The notes beneath the pieces were generated by a model. That model was not told where the DNA came from and searched no databases. It saw nothing but the letters and a program-made list of their open reading frames with translations. Source: a virus. Taken from it: 64,000 bases of DNA. The stretch is taken from positions 32,001 to 96,000 of IMG/VR virus record IMGVR_UViG_3300045988_115450; one strand, written 5' to 3'. The translations under genes and the position numbers were made by a program. This document shows, piece by piece, positions 33,241 through 42,829 of this stretch (position 1 is its first letter; every line of letters begins with the position of its first letter).

Positions 33241-33651
33241 GAGAATTACTATATATATGTATATATAGATATAAGATATAATACAAGTGTCTCAACAGCT
33301 AAAAAGTGTTGATATACCAACACAAAATCACAATCCGCTCTTTCTGTCTAAGTACGCCTATTTTTCTGCCAAAGTACGCCTACCTGGTAAAGTGAACGTA
33401 TTTTGTTAATAGTTTGTTCACAATTAAATATTGAGCTTCAGGCCACAGGCATCTAAAGAAGCGCAGAATTTCAAGGATATGGAAGTGGCATAGCGTATCG
33501 CGGACAAGATAGCAGAGTGTGTCCGAAAATCTATTTGTTAACAATTCGTTCATGTATGTTCATAATTTATTCACAATTGTTCATAGTCGCCCAGTATATT
33601 TTTTATCAGAATATTTCGAGTTGGATTTCGCACGAGTTCCACTCTATCCCC

Positions 33652-33680
33652 TTGACGTTTGAAAGAAAAACTTGTATATT
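33652..33680 (+). promoter_or_regulatory. sigma70-type promoter of the rightward replication operon
   Basis: TTGACG (33652-33657), 17-nt spacer, TATATT (33675-33680). GTTCAT operator-like repeats lie upstream at 33548, 33558 and 33579. Confidence 0.6.
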
Positions 33681-33926
33681 ATAATCAGGCGGCAAGGCCG
33701 CGGCAACAAAATTTTTATAAGGAGGTAGCACACTATAGATAAACGCTACGAATCAATTGAACGAGGTCCAGACAACACCTTCGGTATTTTTAGACGCGGG
33801 CATGGCTTTCGCCCTCTACGCCCAGACGAAGAAATCAAAGTAGTCCAGAGGCGGGGAGAGCGAGGCGTTGATGTCTTTAGAGCGAATGCTCGTGTCCGAT
33901 CTGACGAACAGTTCATATTTTTAAGG

Positions 33927-34637
33927 TTGCCGAAACAAGCTGGGGAATGTTTCTGCCCGGACATCACCTTGGTAAACTTAGCTAGGGTCGCTATGCTGGC
34001 GACGCACATGCAGTATTCAGAGAACCCGATGCAAGATGGAAGTGTGGTGATGGCTGGCCGCACGAGAGCGCAGCACCCAATGTCAAAGAGTGAGGCCCAA
34101 GATATCTTACAGATTGGGAAAGACGCCTTTTACAAATTTTTAGACGATATGGAACGGGCGCGTCTGGTGGACGAAAGCGCCCAGGGAGGCTTAATCTTGA
34201 GTAACTGGTTGTTCGCTAAGGGCAGGCTACCGAGGCAGAAAAGGTACGCTGCCCCAACCGCACGACTGTCTGTGCCAAAATATCAAAGACTATATACGGA
34301 CAACGTGAAGAGCGCAAAAGAGATCGGCACCGTACTTCGACTGATCCCATTTATACATAAGAGCGAGCACGTGTTGTGCTGGAATCCGTACGAAGAAAAT
34401 CTAGACTTGATCGCGCCGCTCACATTTACGGATGTCTGCCGAGTGCTGGGCAGAAGCACCAATAATGTTGATAAGTACAGGAAGCGATTTGAAAAAAATA
34501 TGTCTAGCATGGCGGTTCGGGACGGACAATCGACACAATCTCTGTGTACGGTAGACAACTATCATGAAGGGCGGTATGCCATTTTTATAAACGCGGGACT
34601 TGTCTACTTCAAAGAGTTGATGCCCCTATGTCAGTAA
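33927..34637 (+). CDS. Rep-like wHTH DNA-binding protein, paralog 1 (probably extends upstream to ~33735)
   Basis: The C-terminal ~130 aa are homologous to 34628..35662 (xxVLRLxPxx...LCxNPxE...IxPLxxxDxCRVLG). The in-frame region 33729-33926 is open and protein-like. Confidence 0.6.
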   Translation: MPKQAGECFCPDITLVNLARVAMLATHMQYSENPMQDGSVVMAGRTRAQHPMSKSEAQDILQIGKDAFYKFLDDMERARLVDESAQGGLILSNWLFAKGRLPRQKRYAAPTARLSVPKYQRLYTDNVKSAKEIGTVLRLIPFIHKSEHVLCWNPYEENLDLIAPLTFTDVCRVLGRSTNNVDKYRKRFEKNMSSMAVRDGQSTQSLCTVDNYHEGRYAIFINAGLVYFKELMPLCQ

Positions 34638-35662
34638 CTAAAATAGTAGCAATGCTGTCCGGCTGTGATACGTCTGATATTCAGTATGGCGAGGACGTAC
34701 TGTCCAGCAACTTGGTGTTTCCTCCTAGCGCCGCTTATGACCTCCAGGGCTTCTGCGCTGGCGTTAGGCTGGATACCCTGCCCAGGCTTGTGGCTTTGTC
34801 ACTCCACACTATCCCGGTGATAGAAATAGATTTCAGTAAGGGTGACAGCGGCGATAGTAGTCCTGATGGCGATAGCGACATAGACGGCAGCGACAGCGAC
34901 GACAGCTTTGATCTAGACGCTTTTGACACGACCGAGACCGAAGATAATCATTGGCATGTGATTCTTTCTAGTAGCACGCACTCTCCTCAGATGGCTACTA
35001 GAACCGAGATCGGAGAGATTGCTATGCTTGATAAGAGTAGTTTAGATAATTTATTTTTAAAATGTGTTCCCTTAAATATACTTCGACCAGACTGGTTTGG
35101 TCATTGGTATATAAACGATAATTTCTTTCTACGTGGAACTAAGCCAACAAGCGGGTCGTGGCAATATGTTAAGGTTCGAAAAGTTAAAAAAGACACCTTC
35201 CTCCAGCTTTATAAAAAAGGAACCGGCAATTTAAAATACATAGGAGCTGTGCTGAGGCTAACACCAAACCTTAATTGTGAACACAACTACCTCTGTTACA
35301 ACCCAGATGAAACACGTAGCGATGAGATTGTCCCCTTAGCCGCCCAAGATATCTGCAGGGTGTTAGGTTACGAGCCGCGCCGGGCTTCCTACTACATAGA
35401 CAAACTCAAGGAAAAATTTTTAGGGATCACTTTTAAGCACGATGGCATAGAGCAACAGCTCTGCCGAATTGACAAAGATGGGAGCGACTACATAATGATG
35501 GTAAACCCCAACGTCATCTACGCCGACGGCCCGCCAGAGTACAAACGGATCTGCCTGGAGCTGTACTGGGGTTACCCGGACCCGTTCGGCTCTCCGTTCC
35601 GACGGTATCCCTATCATCATATAAAAGGCCCGACACTAGACTACGTAAATAGAGTAAACTGA
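34628..35662 (+). CDS. Rep-like wHTH DNA-binding protein, paralog 2, with an acidic D/S insert (344 aa)
   Basis: Homologous C-terminal domain; SGDSSPDGDSDIDGSDSDDSFDLDAFD low-complexity acidic tract. Confidence 0.6.
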   Translation: MSVTKIVAMLSGCDTSDIQYGEDVLSSNLVFPPSAAYDLQGFCAGVRLDTLPRLVALSLHTIPVIEIDFSKGDSGDSSPDGDSDIDGSDSDDSFDLDAFDTTETEDNHWHVILSSSTHSPQMATRTEIGEIAMLDKSSLDNLFLKCVPLNILRPDWFGHWYINDNFFLRGTKPTSGSWQYVKVRKVKKDTFLQLYKKGTGNLKYIGAVLRLTPNLNCEHNYLCYNPDETRSDEIVPLAAQDICRVLGYEPRRASYYIDKLKEKFLGITFKHDGIEQQLCRIDKDGSDYIMMVNPNVIYADGPPEYKRICLELYWGYPDPFGSPFRRYPYHHIKGPTLDYVNRVN

Positions 35663-35755
35663 ACGGGTATATGTCTATATACCCTACGGATTGTCTCCCT
35701 CGTTTTCCTACAGCCACACAGGGGCTTTTACACTAAACTGACCACTTGATAGGAG

Positions 35756-36019
35756 GTGATAGACATCAGCGCACACAACACCTGCGTCAATCTATGCAAG
35801 TGCTGCGTGTGGTACGACGACTGTAACTCGTTTCAGGAAAATAAGAGAACCGACACTACCCCAGAAAAAAATAGTGTATACTTGTATTATGAGCTGGACA
35901 GCCAGTGCGAATTTTTTGACCCAACCGTCGATTCGGAAGACCTTGGGTTAGTCGAGCTGGACGGGCGGTGGGTCGAAGCATCTGAGGCTCTGATAATAAA
36001 TGTCATGACAGAGATTTGA
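35756..36019 (+). CDS. Cys-rich hypothetical protein (87 aa)
   Basis: ORF track; CVNLCKCCVWYDDC. Confidence 0.5.
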   Translation: MIDISAHNTCVNLCKCCVWYDDCNSFQENKRTDTTPEKNSVYLYYELDSQCEFFDPTVDSEDLGLVELDGRWVEASEALIINVMTEI

Positions 36020-36020
36020 A

Positions 36021-36356
36021 ATGGAGGAATGTAAAATGGGTTTATTTGACAAGATGAAGAAGCGCAACGAAAAACAGTATGTACCGCACGTACACTACCC
36101 GGACGAATGGCCGTCCGACATGAAGATCGAACCGGGCGTCACCCCGACCGTAGTGATCTGTGAACCCGGCGCTAACCGCTACAGAATCATCGCTACGGAG
36201 TATTGGAGTCAGCGGATGATCGGTGAGTTGGCCACCACCTCTCCCCGTGTCCACGTCATGCGAGAAGACGACAAGGTGATTGAAGCAACCTTCCCCGGCG
36301 AGTGGTTCAAGATCGAGTCCCCGCAAATGGCGGAGCTACGGAATAAGAAGAAATAA
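36021..36356 (+). CDS. hypothetical protein (111 aa)
   Basis: ORF track. Confidence 0.55.
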   Translation: MEECKMGLFDKMKKRNEKQYVPHVHYPDEWPSDMKIEPGVTPTVVICEPGANRYRIIATEYWSQRMIGELATTSPRVHVMREDDKVIEATFPGEWFKIESPQMAELRNKKK

Positions 36357-36606
36357 AAGAAAGAGTAAACTTTAAGCTGGGCGGCGACGCCGCCCAGCGC
36401 CAACAAACGATTCAAGGAGATGATCGCTTTTATGATAAGAGAGGTGCTTTTGACTGTTCGCACCTAAGTTATATACGACATATAAGATAGCTTTCAAGCT
36501 ATTAAAAGAGAACAAATTTTCTTTACGGGTAGACCTGCGCCCCTACGAGATAAGGCAGGCGGACAATTTATTATTCTACCAGATACGGCGTATCACAGGC
36601 GAAGAT

Positions 36607-38013
36607 GTGACCTGTGCGCGGCGTATTTGTTTTGTCGATTGTAAGGGTAGCTCTTCTGATACGGACGCTATGACGGAGCTAATTATGAATGGGTTCTGGT
36701 TAAACGGCACTCACTTTGTACTGTGCGAACGATCGGCGAGCATGACCCGCAACTCTATCTTGAGCTTTATCGACGCGACTATATCAGATCCGGTGTACGA
36801 GACAATCACTATGGGGGCTGACCCCGGCCCGACAGTTATAAGTAAGCTAATGGCTTATAGAGGCTTGTGCCTTTCCTCTTGTCATTGCTTGAATGGCTTT
36901 CGCCCTAAAGTGATTGTTGTGCCGGACTACGAGTGCGTGTTGCCGCAACAGCATATCAAATACATATACGATGAAAAGACATCCTTCATCAACGCTGACG
37001 GCAAAGAGATCCCCTGGACACAAAAGAATGTGGCGGACGGATATAGAGACATCAACGTCACGCCCTTTGACGGCTGCGGCATACACCATCCAGCTATTAC
37101 GGACGAGGTTCAGTTCCGGCTGTCGTCTGCTGATAGCCCGACGACGATACTTTGGCGAGCGCCGTATATCAAAGGTCTCACCTGCGAGGTTGATTACCCA
37201 ACCTTCTACGCCGAGCGGGGTGTAACATCCATCAAGGATATATGGGGCGTGTCGCATGATGTTACCCCGGACGCCGAGCCGATGATTATCTTGAGCAAGA
37301 GTATGTATAAGGGCTTCAAATATTTTCAGACGAACAAAGATGCAACAGACTGGGAATATTATTGGGAGCAATTCGAAAAGTATGGTTATTGCTTAGGTGT
37401 TGCTAAATGGAACTTCAATAAAGATATCGAGCCAGTTTATACGAGATGCAACTACCAGGTTCTTCAGACGCTCAACCTTCCTTATCAAGAATTTGTTGAG
37501 CTTGCTACGGACTCTATTGAGTGGGCAGAAAAGATTATTGACGGCGATCCTTTTTACTCTATGTGCTTCCTAGGGTTGACAGCAGATAAGTGTAACCCCT
37601 TGAACGATTATGCAAAATCAGTAATGAAGAACCCAACCATGCTTAAACAATATGAAGTGCGGAGTTACTTAATCAGTCTACTGGCTAAATACATAGACGA
37701 GATGTGCTGCGGCAAGATATGGATCAAGAGCTGCTTCAAATTTCTGATACCCGACCTAATCGCATTTATGGAAGCGGCGGCGGGTCTAGTCCCGTCCGGC
37801 TGTCTCGGCGACAATGAATTTTACTGTATAACAAAAGAAGGTCCGATGTGTGGCGACAAGCTGATTACGCGTAACCCCCACATTTGTGATAGTGAGAATG
37901 TCGTGTTGTACGCTATCAATAATGAATTAACAAGCAAGTACCTCAGTCATTTGGTTAATACGTGTATCATCAATTCTAAATCAATAATCCCACAAAGATT
38001 GAATGGAGCAGAT
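36607..38013 (+). CDS. YonO / cellular-RdRP-like two-barrel polymerase, exon 1 (469 codons; start uncertain)
   Basis: ...GDKLITRNPHICDSENVVLYAI...NTCIINSKSIIPQRLNGAD, then broken. This matches the RDR/QDE-1-type block xxRxPxxxxxxxxxxxA...G(G)DxDGD. The ORF stops 3 codons after GAT. Confidence 0.75.
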
Positions 38014-38291
38014 TACTCCTAAACAAAGTCCTTCCCTGCGGTAACGTAGGTGTAAGCCCGGTGTGAACCGTTTATCAGCGGGTGTTGAACAAACGTCAGG
38101 AGCAGCAGGAAATGGCTGCTAGTTGTTCAGCTAACAGGGAAGCCGGAAGGTAATCCTGTGCAAGCCTTTAAGGAATGTGCAACGACTATGGGTGATGAGT
38201 GTAGCCCAGTAGGAGTCCTATTGATACGGACTTCCAAGCGCACCGCTGCCGCTACGCGGTAGATGATATAGTCTTTCTACGAGAGTAGAAG
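38014..38291 (+). ncRNA. group I intron 1 (278 nt, ORF-less); boundaries +/- a few nt
   Basis: P7 pairing GACTAT / ATAGTC inside the hallmark GATGATATAGTC; P4 CAGG/CCTG; P6 CCTT-T-AAGG; terminal hairpin TTCTAC-gaga-GTAGAA followed by G. Splicing GAT|TTTGACGGAGAT restores NGAD-FDGD. Confidence 0.75.
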
Positions 38292-38599
38292 TTTGACGGA
38301 GATTTAGTTTTAGTATTTAATGATGACAGGCTATTAAATGGCGTAGATAAAAACGCTATACCTGTTATAGACGTAGATGATAAGATCACGACAGAGCCGG
38401 AGGAATTTACGCCAGAGAACAGGTTGAAAGTAATTCTACGAACAATGAAGAACCTGATTGGCGAGTATAGTAACTACGCAACAGCATACAGAAACAGATG
38501 TGGTAAAACAGAGGAACAACGAGATAAGTACGAGAAGTATATTGACATTATAAGTGTCTTGACAGGTAAATCCATCAACGATCGGTGGCCTATGTTGGT
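38292..38599 (+). CDS. two-barrel polymerase, exon 2
   Basis: Starts FDGDLVLVFNDD... in frame with the track ORF 38424..38609. The 3' end is inferred. Confidence 0.65.
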
Positions 38600-38876
38600 A
38601 ACAGCGTAGCGCAAAGTCAGTGAACCTACATATGTAGGGTGTCGGTTAATGACCGGCTAACGGAGAAAATCTAAGCGACTTATCGTATGACAATTCCGTG
38701 CCAAGCCTTTGAAAAGGAAGGTGTAACGACTATCCCCTGGCGGTGAGATTCCGCAATAGGAGTACGGCTGAGTGAAATTCTCAGTGGGTGAGATTCCCTT
38801 AAATGGAAGCGCTGACTACCCGTAACTTACGGGTAATGATATAGTCTATTCCCTAACAAATATCCGGAAACGGAGG
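38600..38876 (+). ncRNA. group I intron 2 (~277 nt, ORF-less); boundaries +/- ~10 nt
   Basis: Same core as intron 1 (CAAGCCTTT..AAGG..GTG.AACGACTAT, ...AATGATATAGTC). P4 covaries (CGGA/TCCG). Terminal hairpin TCCG-gaaa-CGGA followed by G. The 38607/38875 junction is also in frame. Confidence 0.65.
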
Positions 38877-39528
38877 GTGTAAAAGAGATTACGCAAAGAC
38901 CGGAGTCCTATACCCCATGCCACGTACTATTTCAAAATACGGACGCCCACTCCCCTACTTTATGAAGTACGCGTCACCATATTATAAACGGCTGAAGCTT
39001 TCCCGCTCACTGTCTAATATGAATAAGCTGTGTTGGGAAATTGAGCATTGGAAGAGAAGCATCAGGTATAAAAGAGCCGACCAAGAGTTCGACTATAACA
39101 TCATGATTAACGATGAAATCCCTGTTTCGGACGAACTCTACAAGGAAATGGAGCAAGTCTATCGCTCGTTCTGCACAGAGGTAAAAGAGCTGTCGCACAA
39201 GTTGAAACAGCTCGATGGAGAGGACGCGGAAGCGGAACGCAAGAAAGCATACGCCCTACTGTACGAGCGGTATAGGAATCGATGCTACTCTATTTGTAAC
39301 GGCAACGCCTCGCTGGTTGCTAACGCCGCCGTTATGTTGTGCCATGACCACAGGACGTGGAATCAGCGGTTTAAGTGGGTTGTTGGCGGCGCTGGCATTG
39401 TTAGCAATATCGAGCAGGCAGACATCAAACTGCCAAAGCAGGATGATACAGGAGAACTCGAATACCTAGGAAAGAGATACACGATGATTAAGATAAAGAA
39501 GGAGGATGTTCCCTCATTTGATAGATGA
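38877..39528 (+). CDS. two-barrel polymerase, exon 3
   Basis: The frame is open from 38857 and continues into the track ORF 38917..39528. Confidence 0.6.
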
Positions 39529-40192
39529 AGTATATGAAGTAAAAGAGTATTTGGGTGGAAAGAAGATAACAGAGCGCGGTCGTTATCGCGCCGCCTATAT
39601 GATCGCTCGGTGGTACACCCAGGAAGGGTGTACCTTCCGGGAGACGCGGGACAAGATTTTTGAATGGGCAAAGAGAACGGATAACTTTTTAAAGTACAAT
39701 GTGAATGACATTATTGAATCGGCGCGTAATTGTGATGATAGATTAAAAGATAATGTGACTTTATACATAAGCGAAACAGACATCAACAGAATCGTCAATT
39801 TGTTTGACGGAAAGAATACACGCAAACTTGCTCTAGCTCTGCTATGCTATGCGAAGGTGTACGCAAATAAGAATAGAGAATTTAACATTTCCCTATCCGC
39901 TTTATCTGAGTGGTGCGGTATCACCAGACAGCATATTAGCCACAGCTACTTACCGGAGCTTATTAAGCTTGGGTACATCACGAAGCTGGACTCTAGCGCC
40001 ACTACAGTGTGGCATCGAGCTAAGAAAACAACCACTAGTAAATATGCTCAGACTAGATTGCGTATAGAGGTTCCGCTTTATAACGCTGGAAAGTTTCAGC
40101 TTGTACGCAATGACTTTAAAAAGTTACATAATGAAATATTTGAAAAGACACAGCGAAATCGGTTTTATATAGAGGGAGAGAACTATGGTTAA
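39506..40192 (+). CDS. wHTH DNA-binding protein (228 aa)
   Basis: LSALSEWCGITRQHISHSYLPELIKLGYITKL (HTH plus wing); start codon uncertain. Confidence 0.6.
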   Translation: MFPHLIDEVYEVKEYLGGKKITERGRYRAAYMIARWYTQEGCTFRETRDKIFEWAKRTDNFLKYNVNDIIESARNCDDRLKDNVTLYISETDINRIVNLFDGKNTRKLALALLCYAKVYANKNREFNISLSALSEWCGITRQHISHSYLPELIKLGYITKLDSSATTVWHRAKKTTTSKYAQTRLRIEVPLYNAGKFQLVRNDFKKLHNEIFEKTQRNRFYIEGENYG

Positions 40193-40463
40193 CTTATCAA
40201 AAGAAGAAAGAGAAACAATCATCCTTTATACGGAAGTAGATGACCGCGCCGAAGTATATACACACAACAAGCGGTTAATCAATCGCCTATCTAAGTTCTG
40301 CAAAGACAGGCCAGACGAAATACAGAAGATCAGAGAATCAGAAACGGGAGCCGTGACATACACGGTTCCCCGTGACTGGGTAAGAGTATCCCCAAAGCGC
40401 AAAATGTCTGATGCGCAAAAGGCTGCGGCAGCTGAACGCCTGGCGGCGATTAGATCGATGTAG
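40185..40463 (+). CDS. hypothetical protein (92 aa)
   Basis: ORF track. Confidence 0.55.
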   Translation: MVNLSKEERETIILYTEVDDRAEVYTHNKRLINRLSKFCKDRPDEIQKIRESETGAVTYTVPRDWVRVSPKRKMSDAQKAAAAERLAAIRSM

Positions 40464-40477
40464 TGGTGGTGCATATA

Positions 40478-40506
40478 TTGACGAACGATGTAATATGTGG
40501 TAAAAT
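40478..40506 (+). promoter_or_regulatory. sigma70-type promoter of the lipoprotein cassette
   Basis: TTGACG (40478-40483), 17-nt spacer, TAAAAT (40501-40506). Confidence 0.65.
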
Positions 40507-40540
40507 AATTCTAACGCTAAATTAGTGGAGGGAAAAGTAT

Positions 40541-41299
40541 ATGAGAAAAATACTAGGTGTTTTGTTTGCAATATGCGTGGCCACATCACTGGCTGGTTGC
40601 GGCGGCGGAAGTTCTTTCACAGTTGGAGAATTCTGTGACACATATAATAAAAGTCTCGAAGCCTGGAGCGAGACTTTCTCTATCGATTATGGGTCGATGA
40701 CGCGTCTAAACAAGACTAATAGTAGCGGTTCATTTTCGCTGATTGATGGGTCTAAAATTAAAATCTCCACAGGGAGAGATTCTGTTGGCGAAAATGATTC
40801 TGTACAAGAAGTCGCGTTTATTTGCAATTTTAAAACGACCGATCAAAGTACGGATAACGCATTCAATTCGGAGCTTTTTTCCTTTCTCGAAGCCGCCCTA
40901 CCAAACGCCACCCCTGATGATAGGAATCAGGTGATGAAGTGTTATGCAAATGGTGCTGGATTTTTGCCAGAGTTGAGTGATGGAAAAGTAGTCGATCACG
41001 GCTACAGTTCTTTTGTGATCAACTATAGTGGCAAGGAAACACCAGATTATACTGGTAAATATCGTAGCGTTGAAGATAATAGTAATATTGAAATTGAGCT
41101 AGATGTAAAGAGCTTTGGCGTTGGCAATATTAATGTTACTGTTAATGGTAATTCCACTGGCCCGACCAGTATAAGGTGGGGAGTTTCTGATAACAATTTT
41201 AATATTATTTCTCAATCTGAAAGCAACGTCTTGAGCGGGAAAATTGATGGTAACACAATTACGCTTAACACTGGCTCCGTATTGGAGAAGCAGGAGTAA
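40541..41299 (+). CDS. lipoprotein (252 aa)
   Basis: Signal peptide MRKILGVLFAICVATSLAGC with lipobox L-A-G-C, then GGGSS linker. Confidence 0.8.
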   Translation: MRKILGVLFAICVATSLAGCGGGSSFTVGEFCDTYNKSLEAWSETFSIDYGSMTRLNKTNSSGSFSLIDGSKIKISTGRDSVGENDSVQEVAFICNFKTTDQSTDNAFNSELFSFLEAALPNATPDDRNQVMKCYANGAGFLPELSDGKVVDHGYSSFVINYSGKETPDYTGKYRSVEDNSNIEIELDVKSFGVGNINVTVNGNSTGPTSIRWGVSDNNFNIISQSESNVLSGKIDGNTITLNTGSVLEKQE

Positions 41300-41306
41300 A
41301 AATTTT

Positions 41307-41333
41307 AGCGGCCTTCTGGCCGCTATTTTTTTT
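41307..41333 (+). terminator. rho-independent terminator
   Basis: AGCGGCC-ttct-GGCCGCT followed by T8. Confidence 0.85.
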
Positions 41334-41408
41334 GCAAAAATTTATCTTCCAAAAAATTCTACTATTATATGAGATTAAAATAATGAACAGGTTCATGGAA
41401 CATTTTAA

Positions 41409-41645
41409 ATGAACAATATGGTTCTTTATTTAATCTCAAATAGAATAAAAGGAGCAAAGAAATTGATTCAAATTTCAAGAGCAGAAGCTACAGCAATCCG
41501 TAAGAAAGTACGGAACGCAAACATCAGAAAGACGCGACATAAGTTTTATCTAGAAGAAAGTCGTACAGTTATGAGATTCCTAAATCGGCTGCGAACAGAA
41601 GGCGTGGTTGCTACCTATGGTGAAACGGGGTGTCGTCGTCAGTGA
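41409..41645 (+). CDS. small basic protein (78 aa; TTG 41463 behind AAGGAG is an alternative start)
   Basis: ORF track; the ATGAAC/GTTCAT palindrome overlaps its 5' region. Confidence 0.5.
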   Translation: MNNMVLYLISNRIKGAKKLIQISRAEATAIRKKVRNANIRKTRHKFYLEESRTVMRFLNRLRTEGVVATYGETGCRRQ

Positions 41646-42829
41646 TCTCTTACGACCGCTTGCGATATCTTGTCGATAGCAAACTTGTTACCCGCACCCT
41701 CCCAGATAGCTTTGAAGATATCAGCGAAGAGATTTTTGGTGAGGGTAACGCCTACAGTTCGTCCGAGGTTCGCCGACGAATGTACGGCATGAAACGGTTA
41801 TTTGAAGTAATCGACAATGAGGGGTTGCTCATCCATAAGGTCAATGCAAAAGATCCGTTATACAACCAGACAAAAATGATCGAACACGAGCGCAAAGCGC
41901 TACTCGATCAGCAGAGAGTCCTGGATGCGAAGCTGTCTCATGCAGGCAGGCTGGAGGCGTTAGGTGACAGGTTGTTCGAGGCTGCGCTCACTTTAACCCC
42001 TAAGCTGCATAATCTTTATCAAGAAGAACTACATACGATTCGTGGGAATAATGAGGCTGTATTGGTGTTGGCGGACTGGCATTACGGGATGAAGACCTAT
42101 AATGTTTGGAACGAGTACAGCACCGATATCTGTATTAACCGCGTCAGAAAATTGATTGACGGTACGGTCGAGCGGATGAAGTTACACAAGCCTAGCAAAC
42201 TGCACATACTTGTGCTAGGTGACATGATTAGCGGTGCCATTCATACAACCTCTAGGATTGAGTCGGAACAACTGGTGTGCGATCAGATTATGCAGGTGTC
42301 AGAGCTTATTGCTGAAACGGTTGCTGAACTATCACAGTATGTGCCGGAACTGAATTTGTATTGCACCTACGGTAATCACTCACGTACAGTGCAGAATAAG
42401 AAAGATAGTATCCACACAGATAATATAGAGCGGCTAATCCCCTGGTGGCTTGAGCTAAGGCTGGCTGGATTTAATCACGTTCATATTATTAACTCTGAGT
42501 ATCCGGAGTTCGCTACAATGAACGTCTGTGGCTATCACATTTGTGCGACACACGGCGACCTAGAGAAGAAAGTCAACACAGCGGGGAAGAGTCTTTACGC
42601 ACTTTTCTCGCAACGATTTGACCAAAAGATTGACTATATTATCTTAGCGCACCGTCATCACTTAGAAGAGTTTGAAGAGCTTGCAATTGAAACAATTTCT
42701 GTTCGAGCGCTGTGCGGCACAGATAACTTTGCTAATACAAAAAGGCTGTATAGCATTCCTGGTCAGACGCTACTGTTCTTCAATCCTGAGTGCGGACGAG
42801 ACGCGTCATACAACATAAGACTAGACTAA
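41630..42829 (+). CDS. calcineurin-like metallophosphoesterase (Mre11/SbcD-like fold), 399 aa
   Basis: Ordered motifs LADWHYG (DxH), VLGDMISG (GD), YGNHS (GNH), THGD, AHRHH (GHxH-like). Confidence 0.75.
   Translation: MSSSVISYDRLRYLVDSKLVTRTLPDSFEDISEEIFGEGNAYSSSEVRRRMYGMKRLFEVIDNEGLLIHKVNAKDPLYNQTKMIEHERKALLDQQRVLDAKLSHAGRLEALGDRLFEAALTLTPKLHNLYQEELHTIRGNNEAVLVLADWHYGMKTYNVWNEYSTDICINRVRKLIDGTVERMKLHKPSKLHILVLGDMISGAIHTTSRIESEQLVCDQIMQVSELIAETVAELSQYVPELNLYCTYGNHSRTVQNKKDSIHTDNIERLIPWWLELRLAGFNHVHIINSEYPEFATMNVCGYHICATHGDLEKKVNTAGKSLYALFSQRFDQKIDYIILAHRHHLEEFEELAIETISVRALCGTDNFANTKRLYSIPGQTLLFFNPECGRDASYNIRLD

Noticed and set aside
38014-38291. An intein or a simple nonsense mutation as the cause of the broken polymerase ORF
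   Set aside because: The inserts have stops in all frames and group I hallmarks (P7 with GATATAGTC, covarying P4, terminal G). Their removal restores both the frame and the catalytic motif, which a pseudogene would not do twice.
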